Below are positions 27,090 to 40,279 of a stretch of 64,000 nucleotides of DNA, piece by piece. The position numbers and the translations under genes are program-made. Position 1 is the stretch's first letter; the number at the start of each line of letters is the position of its first letter. Where the stretch lies: positions 410,437 through 474,436 of the forward strand of contig JAQGDQ010000158.1 in NCBI GenBank assembly GCA_030141605.1, written 5' to 3'. Under the pieces are notes generated by a model. The model searched no databases and was not told the origin of the DNA. It saw only the letters and a program-made list of their open reading frames with translations. The DNA comes from Tubiluchus corallicola. Lineage: Eukaryota; Animalia; Priapulida.

Positions 27090-27985
27090 CATACTGATTT
27101 AGTACGAACTCCCTATAGGTTCAACAATCTGCTTTTAAAGGCAAATGGAGAAAGGAAAGTCTGTCAGTTTTCAACTGGTAAACTATTCCATAGGCGAATG
27201 CCTTTTTGGAAACAAACTATTATACAACTGTCGTGTAGGCACGTATGTCATGTAGAGCATAGTGGTTGTTGGGACGAAATTCATTTAATATTATATATTT
27301 TTTGAATTATTCCAACGGTTTGAAGTTCACTCCTTATTTTGAATGGTGACACACCAAGAGTTAATATTGTGTACGCACGACCCCTTCATCGCCCCAGACA
27401 TTAGCAACATAGTTGGATACTGCACGCTTTCAATTCTAATGAAATTTTTCGTTGAGCAATTTGACCAAATTACAATACCATATTCTATAACAGGTCTAAC
27501 AAATGCTTTATACGAAGTAATGAAGTCAAATACACACTGTTTATATTTTAGTTGGTGAAAAATATTAATTATCTTATTAGTTTTATTTTCTACATACTTT
27601 ACATGATGACTCCAAGTAAGTTTCGAGTCAGAAATAATGCCCAGAAGCCTTATATCATCGACCACTTCAATTTCAGTATTCAAAATATGTACCTCTAAGG
27701 TTTGATGGGACTATTTTGCGTGAATATAAAATTGCTTTACTTTTATGAACATTCAATATCATGCCCCATCTGGATCACCAAATTTGAATTAAAGTAAGGT
27801 CACGATTTAAACTGCAACGTTAATATTTTTGGTGGGTTTAAGTAAGTTAGAATCATCTGCAAACAGGTGAACAGTATTTTCCAAGTTTGCAGATATGTCA
27901 TTAATGAACACCACAAACAACAATGGACCAAGAATTGATCCTTGGGGGACTCCTGCCTCCATGCTCTTCTATCCAGAGACCGTCC
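27090..27985 (-). mobile_element. 5'-truncated LINE (CR1/L2-like) RT remnant
   Basis: GVPQGSILGPLLFVVFINDISANLENTVHLFADDS; LLGIISDSKLTWSHHV; YKAFVRPVIEYGIVIWS; GIRLWNSLP. Interrupted by stops and frameshifts. Confidence 0.9.
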
Positions 27986-28586
27986 ATATTCGGTCAGTGA
28001 ACTTAATCAGTCAGTGAAAACAAGAAAACAAGCTGGGCGCAAGATTATGTTAATTTACTGGAATACAGGCAAAATATAGCCTAAAAATGATTCCGGTGAA
28101 TTGCCTAACTCGCCCAAATAGGTTGCATTGGGCGCAGTTATTTTATTGGCAGATTGAAAAAAGGCAAACAATTAGTTATAATAAATTCAAAAAATCTAAA
28201 ACTGAAATCAATGTTAGGCGTAAGTTAGGTCACAATGTTGAGTTAGTTTTCTTGTTGAGTCATAGAGGCAACTTTTTCTATGAAAGTAAATTGATTAAAA
28301 AAATGAACGCTGTGATGCATGTTATTACGTCATTTTTTTATTTTTTAGTGTACTATTGATTGATTGCCGACTATACCCAAGTTTTTAAACCTGTTGAGTA
28401 ACGATTTACAATACTCGTTTCGTAATGCAAGTTTTACTTTGATTTATTATCATTCAGCTGTATTTTTAAAACGTATTTGAACGTTTACTAGAAAACTAAT
28501 TTTACTTCTTGCAGCTCGTTTGACTTTTTGACACAATAACAATGTTTTTTACTTGACGACAATGTGTACGTCAAGACAGTAATTTA

Positions 28587-28743
28587 GATGATGATGATGA
28601 TGATGATGATAACGGCGACGGCGACGACGACTATAGTGATTTTATTACCATACAATTTGTGTATGTTTTATTACAATAAAGTATTAATATATATATATAT
28701 ATATATATATATACATGTGTGTATGTGTATGTGTATGTATATG

Positions 28744-28775
<32 letters not shown>

Positions 28776-28826
28776 TGTATGTATGTATGTATGTATGTAT
28801 TTATATATGTACAATGATGATGATGT
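28587..28826. repeat. (GAT)n, (AT)n and (GTAT)n microsatellite cluster
   Basis: Direct reading of the sequence. Confidence 0.93.
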
Positions 28827-30218
28827 CATGATGGCAATCAAGTAATTTTGCATTATACAAACGAGTCTATACTTGACTCGAGAAACCTTTAAAAATGAAT
28901 GACAACTAACAAGGAAGCCAGACAGTTTTAGAAAAGAGCGGTCATTTGAAATATGAGTTTTCTCTCTGAATAAACTTTTGATACGGCACGATCGATAAAG
29001 TGTTATGAGAGGAAACAGTTCTCTCTAGTTGTATGGTAGCTGTCGGCACTTGAACCTGTACAGGGTTCTCAATTTTCGGACATTCTGTGAGGCAAAAAGA
29101 GCAACTTTCAACCTGTCAACCGGATACGCTGGATAGATTTCAAGAGTCTGGTACGGCGCGGCAGGTCGATTAAATGCGATGTTCTGCTCACCTCTCATTG
29201 ACGTAATAGCAGGCATGGGAGTTTGGCTTATGTAGTTAAGTTTGCGAGAACAAGAAATCTATTTACTGGAATAAGTAACAGTTAGCACTGTTTCATTTTT
29301 GAAGTAATTCTTAGCTACTTGCATCTTTGTGCGTTTTTTGCATTATAAATTTCAAAGGAGAACTTCGGAAAGTAGTTGACCTACCACGTCGACTTAAAGA
29401 AGGCAGAGGCAGGATTGTCAATTTGTCCTCAATAAGCTGTAAGTTCCAACCTTACAAAAATCTCAACGTTAAGTTAACTAAGCAGACCTTGTAGTTGAAG
29501 AAACCATCATCAACTTATAGAAGAACCTGTATTTTAGGCCTACTTAAGATATTAAAAGAAAACAGAACGCCGACGATGACAAGTTTTTTGTTAAATTTCA
29601 GCATGAAAAAATAACATAACTGGATGAAAAACGTTACGTTTTCATTTTTATCATTGTTAATGCAGCAGGTACGTGATTTGTTTTTCGTTTTGGTTGTTTT
29701 AATAGTTTTTACATTGACGTAATCCACATTTTCTTGCACTTCCGGAAACGCCCAACACTACCGTAACCACCAGGGCCATGTAATAGGTGCTTTTTCTTTG
29801 GTTTCCCATTAACAGTGAAATCTCTTTCACTCGGCCTATATTTCCACTTCACGTTATTATTGTAAACAGTGTTACGCCTGCTACACGCCTTTATTATTAA
29901 TTACATCCAGAGGTACTAATTAGTTTTTATGGGGCTTTAATGATTCTGAATGTGTGTCATTTAGCTTATAATGTTGTACGACTTCAAGCTATTAGCGAGT
30001 TATACTCATGAGAAATAAAGGGAGGCTCAGACTCAGTACATGGCTAAGCTTCATTACTTACAATTATAAACCTGCAGAATGATGCTAATTATGATAGCAG
30101 CCAGGTGAGTAGATGATTTCCTCCTAATTTCAAAAACAAAGTGTAGCGGAGGGAAGCGAGGTAACAAGGAAGCATTGATGAAGTTTTCTTAATTTCCATG
30201 ATGTTAGTTTGTTAGTTA

Positions 30219-30760
30219 TAGGGTGAGCATCAAAAGTACGAATTCTGTTCGAATGAGTTTTTTAGTTCGAATCATTCTGCAGTTTAACCACATACGTTCT
30301 TTCTAGTATCGCTAAAACGTTTGAAACATCAGCATAATTTAGATGCGATTTCGGTGCACAATTTCTAAACAAATTCATCATCGTCATCATCATCTCTGGA
30401 GTTTCACCTCCTCTGACATGACTCTTACAATCACTTTAGTCCACGCTGCCCTGTCACCCTCAACATCCTATGTCTCTGTATTTTTGATGTCTAATGGTGT
30501 GTTGATAAGAACTTTTTTGAATGTAAGCTAGTAGCTGTCCTCCTTGCGGTTTCTTTTTTCTGCAATACTTCATTGAAAGCAAATTTTAATGGGCTGCCAT
30601 CTAAACAAATTATTAGTGTTTTTACTGCAGAACAAAATCGAGTAATATGCATGATTTTTGATTCGGATTAAAAAAACTGAAATTCGGTTTGATTCGAGTT
30701 CGAAAATCACAAATTAGATTCGATTCGAATTCACTTTCTGGTAAAGTATGTTCACCCCAA
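30219..30760. mobile_element. Probable hAT (Ac-like) MITE
   Basis: TAGGGTGAGCAT / ATGTTCACCCCAA ends, subterminal CGAAT/ATTCG repeats, 8-bp flanks GTTAGTTA / GTTAACGA match 5/8. Confidence 0.5.
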
Positions 30761-32631
30761 GTTAACGATTGTCTTATTTATTGTCTGTCTAATGTCAAGT
30801 TCAATGCAACCTTTAAATTAAACCAACAAAAACTGCCTACGGCATTCAAAATTAGAGGACGAAATGAAAATAACATTCGTAAAACAATAAAAAACACTAG
30901 AACATCCAATTAATTGCACTACGCTAGTTGTTAAGATGTGTAGGAGCAAAGCTACTAACACGAACTCTCTCTATCGCCGTAAGCACATCTGAAACAGATA
31001 AATGTGGATTCGATGAAATTTAGTAGGAAGATTAAATTATTGGAAGAATTATCTGGAGTTTTGATGATGATCAGTTGAAGGACACAGGAAAGAGAATCTA
31101 TGTTTGGATATTGAGCAGACCTATATATAGGATGAGACGGATCGTGGATCAAGTGAGATTTGTATATGGCAATCCAACCGTTTCTCCGATGATGATCACA
31201 CCTCACAAATCTCACAATTAAGTTTCACATTTTAATCGATATTGAAGCCAGATAGCGTTAATCAAGAAAAGCTTTGGTAGGTTTTGACACATTTTTATAC
31301 AAAATAGTTTTATGTGTAGTACATCACTAACCGCTATTTTAATGTAATTTAGGAAAAAATGTCCGACAACGTAATCGTGATCGAGGTACTGGACTGGTTA
31401 GTTATGAATTCTGGATTGATTACTGATTGTGAATTGACAATTTAAAAAACGTCCATTTTTCGGAGCGAGATCGCTGAAAAAGTTCGTTGCAACCTTAACA
31501 TGGCCACACAAAACTATTAAGTTGGAATTTTAACTTTATAAACGACAAAAATAATCAGCTGTGAAAAATAACAGTAAAAACAATTTTTGGCAAAAATGTC
31601 TTAATATCACGTGGGCCAGATGCATAGGCCTATATACTCCAATGGTCATCTGTTGCCAGAATTAAAAAAATACTGCGAATGTAACTTTAAACTTTTTTTT
31701 ACATCGCACATACTTATTTTACAACCAGCGTGCAACAACAGCAGCGAAGTTCTAGTTGCGAAATAAGATTTATGGAAATCTTAAGAATGTTTTTGCTTGT
31801 ATAGACAATTAACAAATTACACAAATGAAGCAATCAGCTAAGTACGCTCGTTTTAGGTGACTTAATAATAATTGATATTAACCAACGCTGAGCTACGGAT
31901 TTTTGCGTTGAATTAAGATTTACCTGCAAAATAATCGCGCGTTCATTGGGCACACGCTGAGTTATTAAAAACGTTGTTGTTTAGAATTTAGACTCGTCCA
32001 TAACTTTGAGACGGATTACCCATTTAAACAATTAGCGTACTATAGTTATCTTTGTACGCAGTAATACGAAAACTATTATTAGCTGGCACATCTTTTAAAT
32101 TCCACAGTATCATAATGGATTGACAAAAGCTCACATTGGCAATAATTAGTGAAAAATAAATCAAACACTTACTAAAGGAAATGCAATATGCCCTACGGAC
32201 AATCTAACATCAAAATAGAAAAAAGTCAGTTGGTGAATTCTGTAGTACTAAATCTTCCTTGATAATTAAAAGGACTTCGGTTTTAATTTGACGCTTAGCC
32301 AAGAAAAAAATTCTCAGTGAAATAAGTTATAAGCAAAGAGGGGAACTCAGGAACTCAAGTATGTAAGGTATTGCTGTAGATAAGGACAGGCGAGATAGGC
32401 GAGTAGGCCATTCGTATTGAACGGGTATCTTGGGGCCCACTAAAATTAATTTGTCGTAAAGCTTGCCAACTTATAACCCTGTTTCAACCGTGATTGAATG
32501 CATTTAATAATATGATATATTTGAAACCATAAGGGCCCCTGTACAATAAGCCTATACGTGTGGAATATTGAAACAATATATATATTGGATGCTGAAACAG
32601 GCCAACATTTCTATAAATTTAGGGGCCCACT

Positions 32632-33112
32632 CATTAGTTTGGTCATGAGCTTGGTCATCAGTTTGGTCATAAGTTTGGTTATGAGTTTGGGGATTAGTTT
32701 GCCCATGAGTTTGGCCATGAGTTTGGTCATGAGTTTGGCCATAGGATTAGCTATGAGTTTGGCCATGAGTTTGGTCATGAGTTTGGCGATGAGTCTGGTC
32801 ATGAGTTTGGCGATGAGTCTGGTCATGAGTTTGGTCATGAGTTTGGTCATCTGTTTGGTCATGAGTTTGGCCATGAGTTTGGTCATGAGTTTGGACATAA
32901 GATTAGCTATGAGTTTGGTCATGAGTTTGGCCATGAGTTTGGCCATAAGATTAGCTATGAGTTTGGCCATGAGTTTGGCGATGAGTTTGGCCATAAGATT
33001 AGCTATGAGTTTGGCCATGAGTTTGGCGATGAGTTTGGCGATGAGTCTGGTCATGAGTTTGGTCATGAGTTTGGCGATGAGTTTGGCCATGAGTTTGGAC
33101 ATGAGTTTGGTC
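32632..33112. repeat. 12-bp minisatellite, about 40 copies
   Basis: Unit ATGAGTTTGG(T/C)C with variants; produces stop-free frames on both strands. Confidence 0.95.
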
Positions 33113-35239
33113 TAGGGTCCACAAGTAGGTAAATCTGGCTCTGGATGAGGATCATATTTTTCCTCTAAGCTTTTCTACAAATAGTAGCAATGTCAGGTCA
33201 TCACGACGCCTAATTTCTTTCTTTACTCGTTGGGTTCAGTATAAACGGATCCATAGACCAGTTTTTACTGGGATATGACAACAGTAAAAGATAGTCCGTA
33301 AAAGATAGACAGTAAAAGATAACAATGATCTATTCTACTTTACAGAATTATTCTATAAAACTTAGATTACGCAACAGCATATCAGCTATTATAACTTATA
33401 TACTCGTAATTATTGCAGAATTTTGGTAGTGACGACATAAACACGTGTCACACGTAACTTGCACAGTTTACACGTATTACCTTCATATATTATGTTAGTG
33501 TTATATAAACTCTTTCAATGAAAATCAATGCTGCTTTTATGCCTTGGGTAGGTTCAGTATAATAATCCACGTTATTCAGCTACGTTTAGCACGCATTAGT
33601 CGCATTACCACCCGTTTTGTTTGTCCTGCTTAATATCTTAAATACAGAATGTAAGCAACTCTGAAACATATCGATCATGTCTTCAAAATTATTAGTAAGC
33701 TCAATGGAGCAGTCTAAGCTTTAATTGTCAAGACCACGTGCTGCTACCTGTTCTGTAAATGGCTAGTTTGCATCTTAACCGTTGAAGTTGTCGTCACTCC
33801 ACACGCCATTATTGAGACTGGTAACACGCGGTTTTGCTTCCCTAGTATAGCTGAAATACCTGAAACAAGCCATTTGTTTGGGAGAATGAAAATAATGATT
33901 CTTTCTAACTTAATCTCAGTCCAAGCTAATTAAGGCTATTGTTCTGCTTTCCGAACAATGTTAATTTACATTATTTTATACTGTAACACTGACCCTGTAT
34001 TGTATTGTGTTATGTGGAATAAAGGACTCTTGGATCTTCCAAATCGAGTTGCCATTTTAGAGAAGTTCATGAGAATGTACATAATTTCAATGCACGTGAT
34101 GCGGGAATTACGATTATTTTCCTGATAGGCCATGATCAGCTGATACGCAGAAAATCTTTATTTGTATCTGTATGACATTTGAGGTAGGAAAGACATTTCA
34201 AGGTATATTGCTGCGTCGGACAATATGTACAAGTTGTACCATTTCAAGCCACTTAGGAGCAATCTGAAGAGGTTACTAAATTTCGAACGTGTCTGTTGCA
34301 TATATCACAGATAAAATGGAAAATGTCGCAAAGTGTTCCGATGAAAAAAGGAATTCGCGAATTTTTTTGTGCTCTTGTTAATTAGAATTCCATTTAAATT
34401 GTGAATAGTATAACGATAGTTAAATAAAATTCTTTCTTTTCGAAATATGGCATTATTTTGTAGTTTGTGCTCGTTGTACTCAAAATGGCACATCGGTACA
34501 AATAGAAATTTACTATGTGTCAGCAGTTTACGTACCAGCAAAATAATATAATACCTATGCAACTGATGTCACACTCTCACAATAAATTTGCTTAAACTTG
34601 CAGCTGCTTTCGATTTCACAAATGGCCTTAATTTAACTTAGAGTGAGATCAAATCCGTAAAAATGAAAATAAATAGTAGTTTTGAGTCTTTCTGTGACTT
34701 GTTCGGAACATTGGGTTATCAAAACTGGGCCATAATTAATGGAACACTGTTCTAATTTAAAGTATTCAGAATAGTTTTTATGTCATCTTACGTATCAAAA
34801 CTTCTCATAGCAATCGCCGCTTGTTTTCCAAACATTCTCGATCTTCCCGGAGACATAAAACTGTATTTTGATGCGTCATCCTGGCTACAAAGTTAAATAT
34901 CATTCCATGATTGACATTTATTTTCTTTCCTCGGCTCATAAAAACAAGTACAAATGTAGATACTTAGCTAATCACTTACAGAGAACAGTGGTGATTGTAC
35001 GTAATACTGTTTGGGTGTTTATTTGTTAAGACGCAAGAGCATCAACACTGATGCTTTCAAAGTGTCATGTGTTTGTTTCACAGCTACATACGCCTTGTAT
35101 ACAATAATGTTATATAACAAGGTCGTTGTGAGCTAAATACGCCAACAAATGTGAAATTTCTGCAATTTTGTTAGCGTTTTCACTTAAAACCTGGATTTAA
35201 ATTAAGTCAAACACAAGTTCAAAAAACTAAAAGGTCGGT

Positions 35240-35522
35240 GATGGCGACGATTATTATAGTAAAGAAGTTGATAATGATACTGCTGCTGCTGATGATGATG
35301 ACGATGACGACGATGTCTATGATGATGCTGCTGATGGTGGTGGCGGTGGCGATGATAATGACAATGATGATGACGACGACAACGACGATAATGGTGATGA
35401 TGATGATGATGGTGGTGGTGGTGATGGTAATGATGACGATAATGATGATGATGACTAGAATGACGTGGCGATGACAATAACAATGATGATGATGAGAACG
35501 ACAACGGCGACGAACGTGATGA
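35240..35522. repeat. Degenerate trinucleotide (GAT/GGT/GAC) low-complexity tract
   Basis: Direct reading of the sequence. Confidence 0.9.
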
Positions 35523-36149
35523 GGGTGGTAGGCATAAAAAGTTGTTTGTTTGGTGAGCTTTCTTGCGCACTTAAGCATGACAGCATCTTAATTATTTAAA
35601 AGTTATTGGGCGATTTAATTAGCAGCTCAATATTGCAATTACATGCCTTGATAAACTTACTAAAAGCAGTCCCTCAAGTAGTTGCGTTTCAGTGATTAGT
35701 TGTCACGCAGAGTAAATAACTAAGTTTATTAATGCATGAATTAGGCTACTGTGTAGCAGTTAGAAGATACGAAAATACATGCATTTCGAAATAAGATTGT
35801 GAAATTCTGCAACTGCAAAATTTGCAATTAAAGTTTTCGTCATAGTGACGCAATTAGAAAAATGAACCGGCAAGTACAGTAATATTTAAGTTAAAAAAAT
35901 ATTTAAACAAAAATTGACTAAGGTTTTATAATTACGGTAGGTTAGAGTTCTACAGTTTATAGGCCCGGGAATAAATGAAATCTATGCTGGTGTGTATCAG
36001 CGAATGTTATCATGTTGTTGGGACGGATATTCGTGTCTAGTCATAATAAGGGCTTCTGAATTAGATTTGACGGAAGATGAAGGTTTAATTTGCTTAATTT
36101 TGGCTATAGAGTTTATTTCGTAGAGACTGCCTGTTGCCAAGTCTGTTTC

Positions 36150-36660
36150 AATGTCTATTTTTTTTCTTTTGAACTGAATACTACTTTTGACAATATACTT
36201 GATTATGAACAAAAGTGTATAATATATGCAGCTTCCATGATTGGAACTTGTTGTGGAGTATTTAATCTTATTCTTGGTGTGAGAGCTTTAATGCGAAAGG
36301 CTAATTATTATATTTAGAGCATAGTTCTGTGGCATATTAATTTTTAAATCGTTTTCTCTTTTAACTCTCTCAAAAACTATACACTCATATGAAAATGTGG
36401 CAAAAGGTTGAGCAATTTTGTTTGTGTTGAAGGCTGCCTGTTTATTTGTCTTAAAGTACGCTACACTAGATGCCCCTTTTTGTATAGCTATATCAAAATG
36501 TTCGTCCCAATATAAAGTGTTATCTACCCTGACTCTTAGAATTTTTCCCATTTTACTTGTTCAGTAGTATTGTTTCCAAAATTAAGTGTTTCTTATGGTA
36601 TATTATGATTATCTGTGTAAGTATTAGGGGACAATATCATAAATTCAATTTTATGTTGTT
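36150..36660 (-). mobile_element. Highly decayed LINE RT C-terminal remnant
   Basis: KILRVRVDNTLYWDEHF resembles the KxLGVxxDxxLxWxxH motif. Boundaries approximate. Confidence 0.55.
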
Positions 36661-36858
36661 CATTGTTACTAACGTCGTAGCTGCTTGTGCTTTTCCCCCC
36701 TTTACAATCATCAAAAATATGTTGCGCACAGTCTAGCACAGTGAATTTAACCGGCAATGTTTGTCATTCTTTCAGAGGACGCCTAGGAAACGTCCACGGA
36801 TTGACGCAGGAATACGCCCAGAAATTAGCACCCGTACAAGACCAGTCATCGCTGGAAA

Positions 36859-36945
36859 ATGACGACACTTTTAACGTTACTTTCACTTATGCTAGGGCTA
36901 TTTGTATTTTGCACTGCAGTAGAACATAAATTCATATCAAAAAGA
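36859..36945 (+). CDS. CCAP: CCAP-family neuropeptide precursor, coding exon 1 (signal peptide)
   Basis: Exon opens at acceptor tctttcag|36776, with an in-frame TAG upstream of the ATG. Encodes MTTLLTLLSLMLGLFVFCTA-VEHKFISKR (hydrophobic core, C-T-A cleavage site, KR). Perfect GTAAGT donor, phase 0. Confidence 0.82.
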
Positions 36946-38942
36946 GTAAGTAGTTTGAGACATCATGTATTTCATTTCATGCATAATTGTACTACGTTAC
37001 CCTAACCTTATATTATTTACCAATTACGCCAAACAGAAGCAACCGTCGAAAATTCTTTGATGCCCAGTTGGGGCGTCTACACCCGTCAAAATTTAAACAG
37101 TAGAAAATTTTGAGTCATTCAGATTCTTACTTATAACATTCAACCGTATAGGTCTGAGGTGAAATAAATCTAGTGCTTGCTAAGCTGTTGAAGTAAGTAA
37201 AAATCTGGTTATTGATTGCCCTGCTGCCAAACGCTTATTGGAGTTTTGACATGCGCAACAAAGATTAATTTTAATTTTAAGTTCATCAGCTGATTGTAAT
37301 TCAATCAAATGTTTTAACGAGTATCGAGTTTGATAATTATTAGCTGTAATGGCCCATTATTCTTTTATTAGCAGTTTGCACTCCCCACTTTCACCGTGTG
37401 GATACCTGAATCAAACCCAGTCTGTTTTGTAAATCAATTATAACTAAATAAAGTTTAAACTAAACTATTTTTAATCGAAAGAACAGTGACAATGAATAAA
37501 AAATCTAACATTAAAAAGGAGAAAAAGAAAGAAATCACAAGGAATTATTAGAACTACTGAACTAATTTTTGGGAGTTTCTTTCTTTATATTATTGATACA
37601 TAAAAGGGATATCACTGAAAAGGATACAAACGCGTAGAAAAAACACAGTAGCACAGCAGATTAGTCGGTCACCGCCCAATAGACTGTGTCAGCAGAATAT
37701 ATAAAAGACCATATTGTGTGAGCTATTGCTAATGCAAATGAATCACGTTACAGTATAAGTAGGGGCTGCCCGATAGGAGATACCTTTGCGAGAAGCCCGT
37801 TTGGACGTAAAATTGCAGAAAATTGCCGGAAATTTATCAATTATATCATACGAAAAGAAAACTCCTTTGATAGCTCAAGAATAAGATTCATTATTATCAA
37901 CAATGAAAAAACAAAGACGATTGGCGGATTCATGAGGGATACTTTGCAGTGCCTTCCACAATAGTAATAACAAAGAATGTGAAACACTAGAAACTAATGA
38001 GAAACCAGCGCTTTTAAAATTTATAGGCTATATCACAAACGAGTATTATTAAAGATGTACAATATTTGAGTTTTTGCGAATTTCAGCGTTTCTGCAAAAA
38101 CAAGATGGTCATTATTTAAAAATATATTTGCAAGATTCTGAGCCTTTACATACATTAATATACCAGTGAAATTACCAATCTGAGCAACAAAGTTTTACTG
38201 AAGCGATAATTTCATATATTCTCATGGAAATTACCACAAAAACTTTCCTAGCGTTGAATTTTATTCAACAAAAAAGATAAAATGTTAATTTAACCAGCTG
38301 CTTGTTATGCATTAATGGCGTTGGTAAAATCTGCTCGTTAGCTCCCAAATCATTTTATTTATGTTGACAAGAATGAGGTCCCTCGTTAGCGCTGTGACAA
38401 TGACTGCCACCTGCGTTTAATATGTGAGATTCAAGTAAAACGGAGCGTCGAAACTGTTAAACTTTATTCTGTCCTCCTACGCAGCTGATACATTAAATAC
38501 GATGCAGTACAATCTTTTGGTGAAGCCATGCAGTTCATATTATACAGCAATGTCTGTTGGACAACTTGAAATTTTATTACATGAACTTGATTTGTACGAA
38601 CTTAATGGTTCTAGGATTTTTTTATGTCATTTTGTCTTATAGAATAGGCGGGATTACATATTTTCTAACTTTTAAAACAGTTCTGATGCATACTTTTACG
38701 TGATATGGCAAGTTAAATTGAGCGCCGTTGGTACTGTAACAAATACGATCGCCCGCTACTCAGTGCTATGACATCACAAGGGGCAGTACAGTAGACAGCC
38801 AGACAGCAATGATGTATTAGTTAATAAAAAGTTTGTTACAATAGATTTATCTAATTATAGCAAAAAAACTTACGGTTGTAGGTTGGTCTATAGTATACTT
38901 TCACTCGTGTCCCAGTCTCTCAATTACCGCTTGAGCTTGCTC

Positions 38943-39124
<182 letters not shown>

Positions 39125-39649
39125 AAGAACTCGTTCTTTACTTGCTATGGTTAAAAATACTTGTATGTAGCACATTTATAAATAATTGGGTTTAGAAACA
39201 GTTTATAATATAGACGTATTAAAAATTTACAAATAACAAACGAGTATATTGTAATTACTGTGTATTTATAGTAATACTATATAGCAACCTGCAAATAAAA
39301 TTATTTTTAAACGGCTGTTAAATAAAAGTTCAATAACAGACTTGCATTTATCAGTTGTAGCAACCTGGCTTCTCGACTTCTACATTTATGAGAGTTTGAT
39401 TCTGTGATGCCCAGTACACTACTCATTATTGACCTATATTTGTGCAATAAAAACGTTGCATGATGATGGGTGTTTATGGCATGTGATCTAAGGGCGATAA
39501 TCTTAATAAAGCATTCCCTGTACAAACTAGACGGTAATTTGAAAGAACAGCTAAATATTAAGTAGCCAAAAACAGCGGACAGCGTAAAACTATTCAAGGT
39601 AAACCACTAGGTCTGCACATTAGGCCTAGTGCGAGATGAAGTTATTTCG

Positions 39650-40279
39650 ACGTTTTGCAGTAACTACCTTACCGTCACCAGGATTCAGAGTTTTTACATC
39701 TGTAATAAAATGTAATTAATCTGATTATGTACACAGTTAGGCGGGTAAAGATAGCTCCTAGTAAAGGGGTACGTAGAACAAATTTTTCGTCTCAGATTCT
39801 GTTTGAACATGGCTTCAGATACCCTCAACAAAAATCAGCCAAAATCGCCTTTGGTTCTTTTCAGGTGCACCTTCCTATCAGCCGATAATACATATTTTTC
39901 ATCTCGGCTGGATGGCTTAGAGGATATAACTGATTTTTGGCTCCAGTAGGCGCTATGTTGCATTTATCCGTATATTTCAAAAGTACCAATGCCGATTTTG
40001 GCCGATTTTTTGCTGAGGGTACTTGAGACCACATTCTAACAGAAGAGAAAATTTCTATTGCAATTTGTTCTACGTTACTTATTATCTTTGCCCGCCTAAG
40101 TCAGTAATTATAATGAGTTGTTACCGTTTCTGACCAGTTATGCATTTACTCTTACTGAAGGTAACGGCTTAACAAATGTAGCAACTAATTCTAATTACTG
40201 ACAGTATGTATAATCAGAGTAAATCTTACAGATGTAAAAATTCTGAAGCTTGATGACGGGTAGGGTTTCCTCGAAACGT
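39650..40279. mobile_element. Outer inverted repeat pair resembling Penelope-like terminal repeats with decayed hammerhead motif
   Basis: 39650-39734 is an imperfect reverse complement of 40204-40279. The right arm ends TTGATGACGGG...CTCGAAACGT. Confidence 0.5.
39737..40099. mobile_element. MITE with long imperfect inverted arms
   Basis: TTAGGCGGGTAAAGATA / TATCTTTGCCCGCCTAA ends, plus internal inverted blocks (ACGTAGAACAAATT; CTCAACAAAAATCAGCCAAAATCG). Confidence 0.75.
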
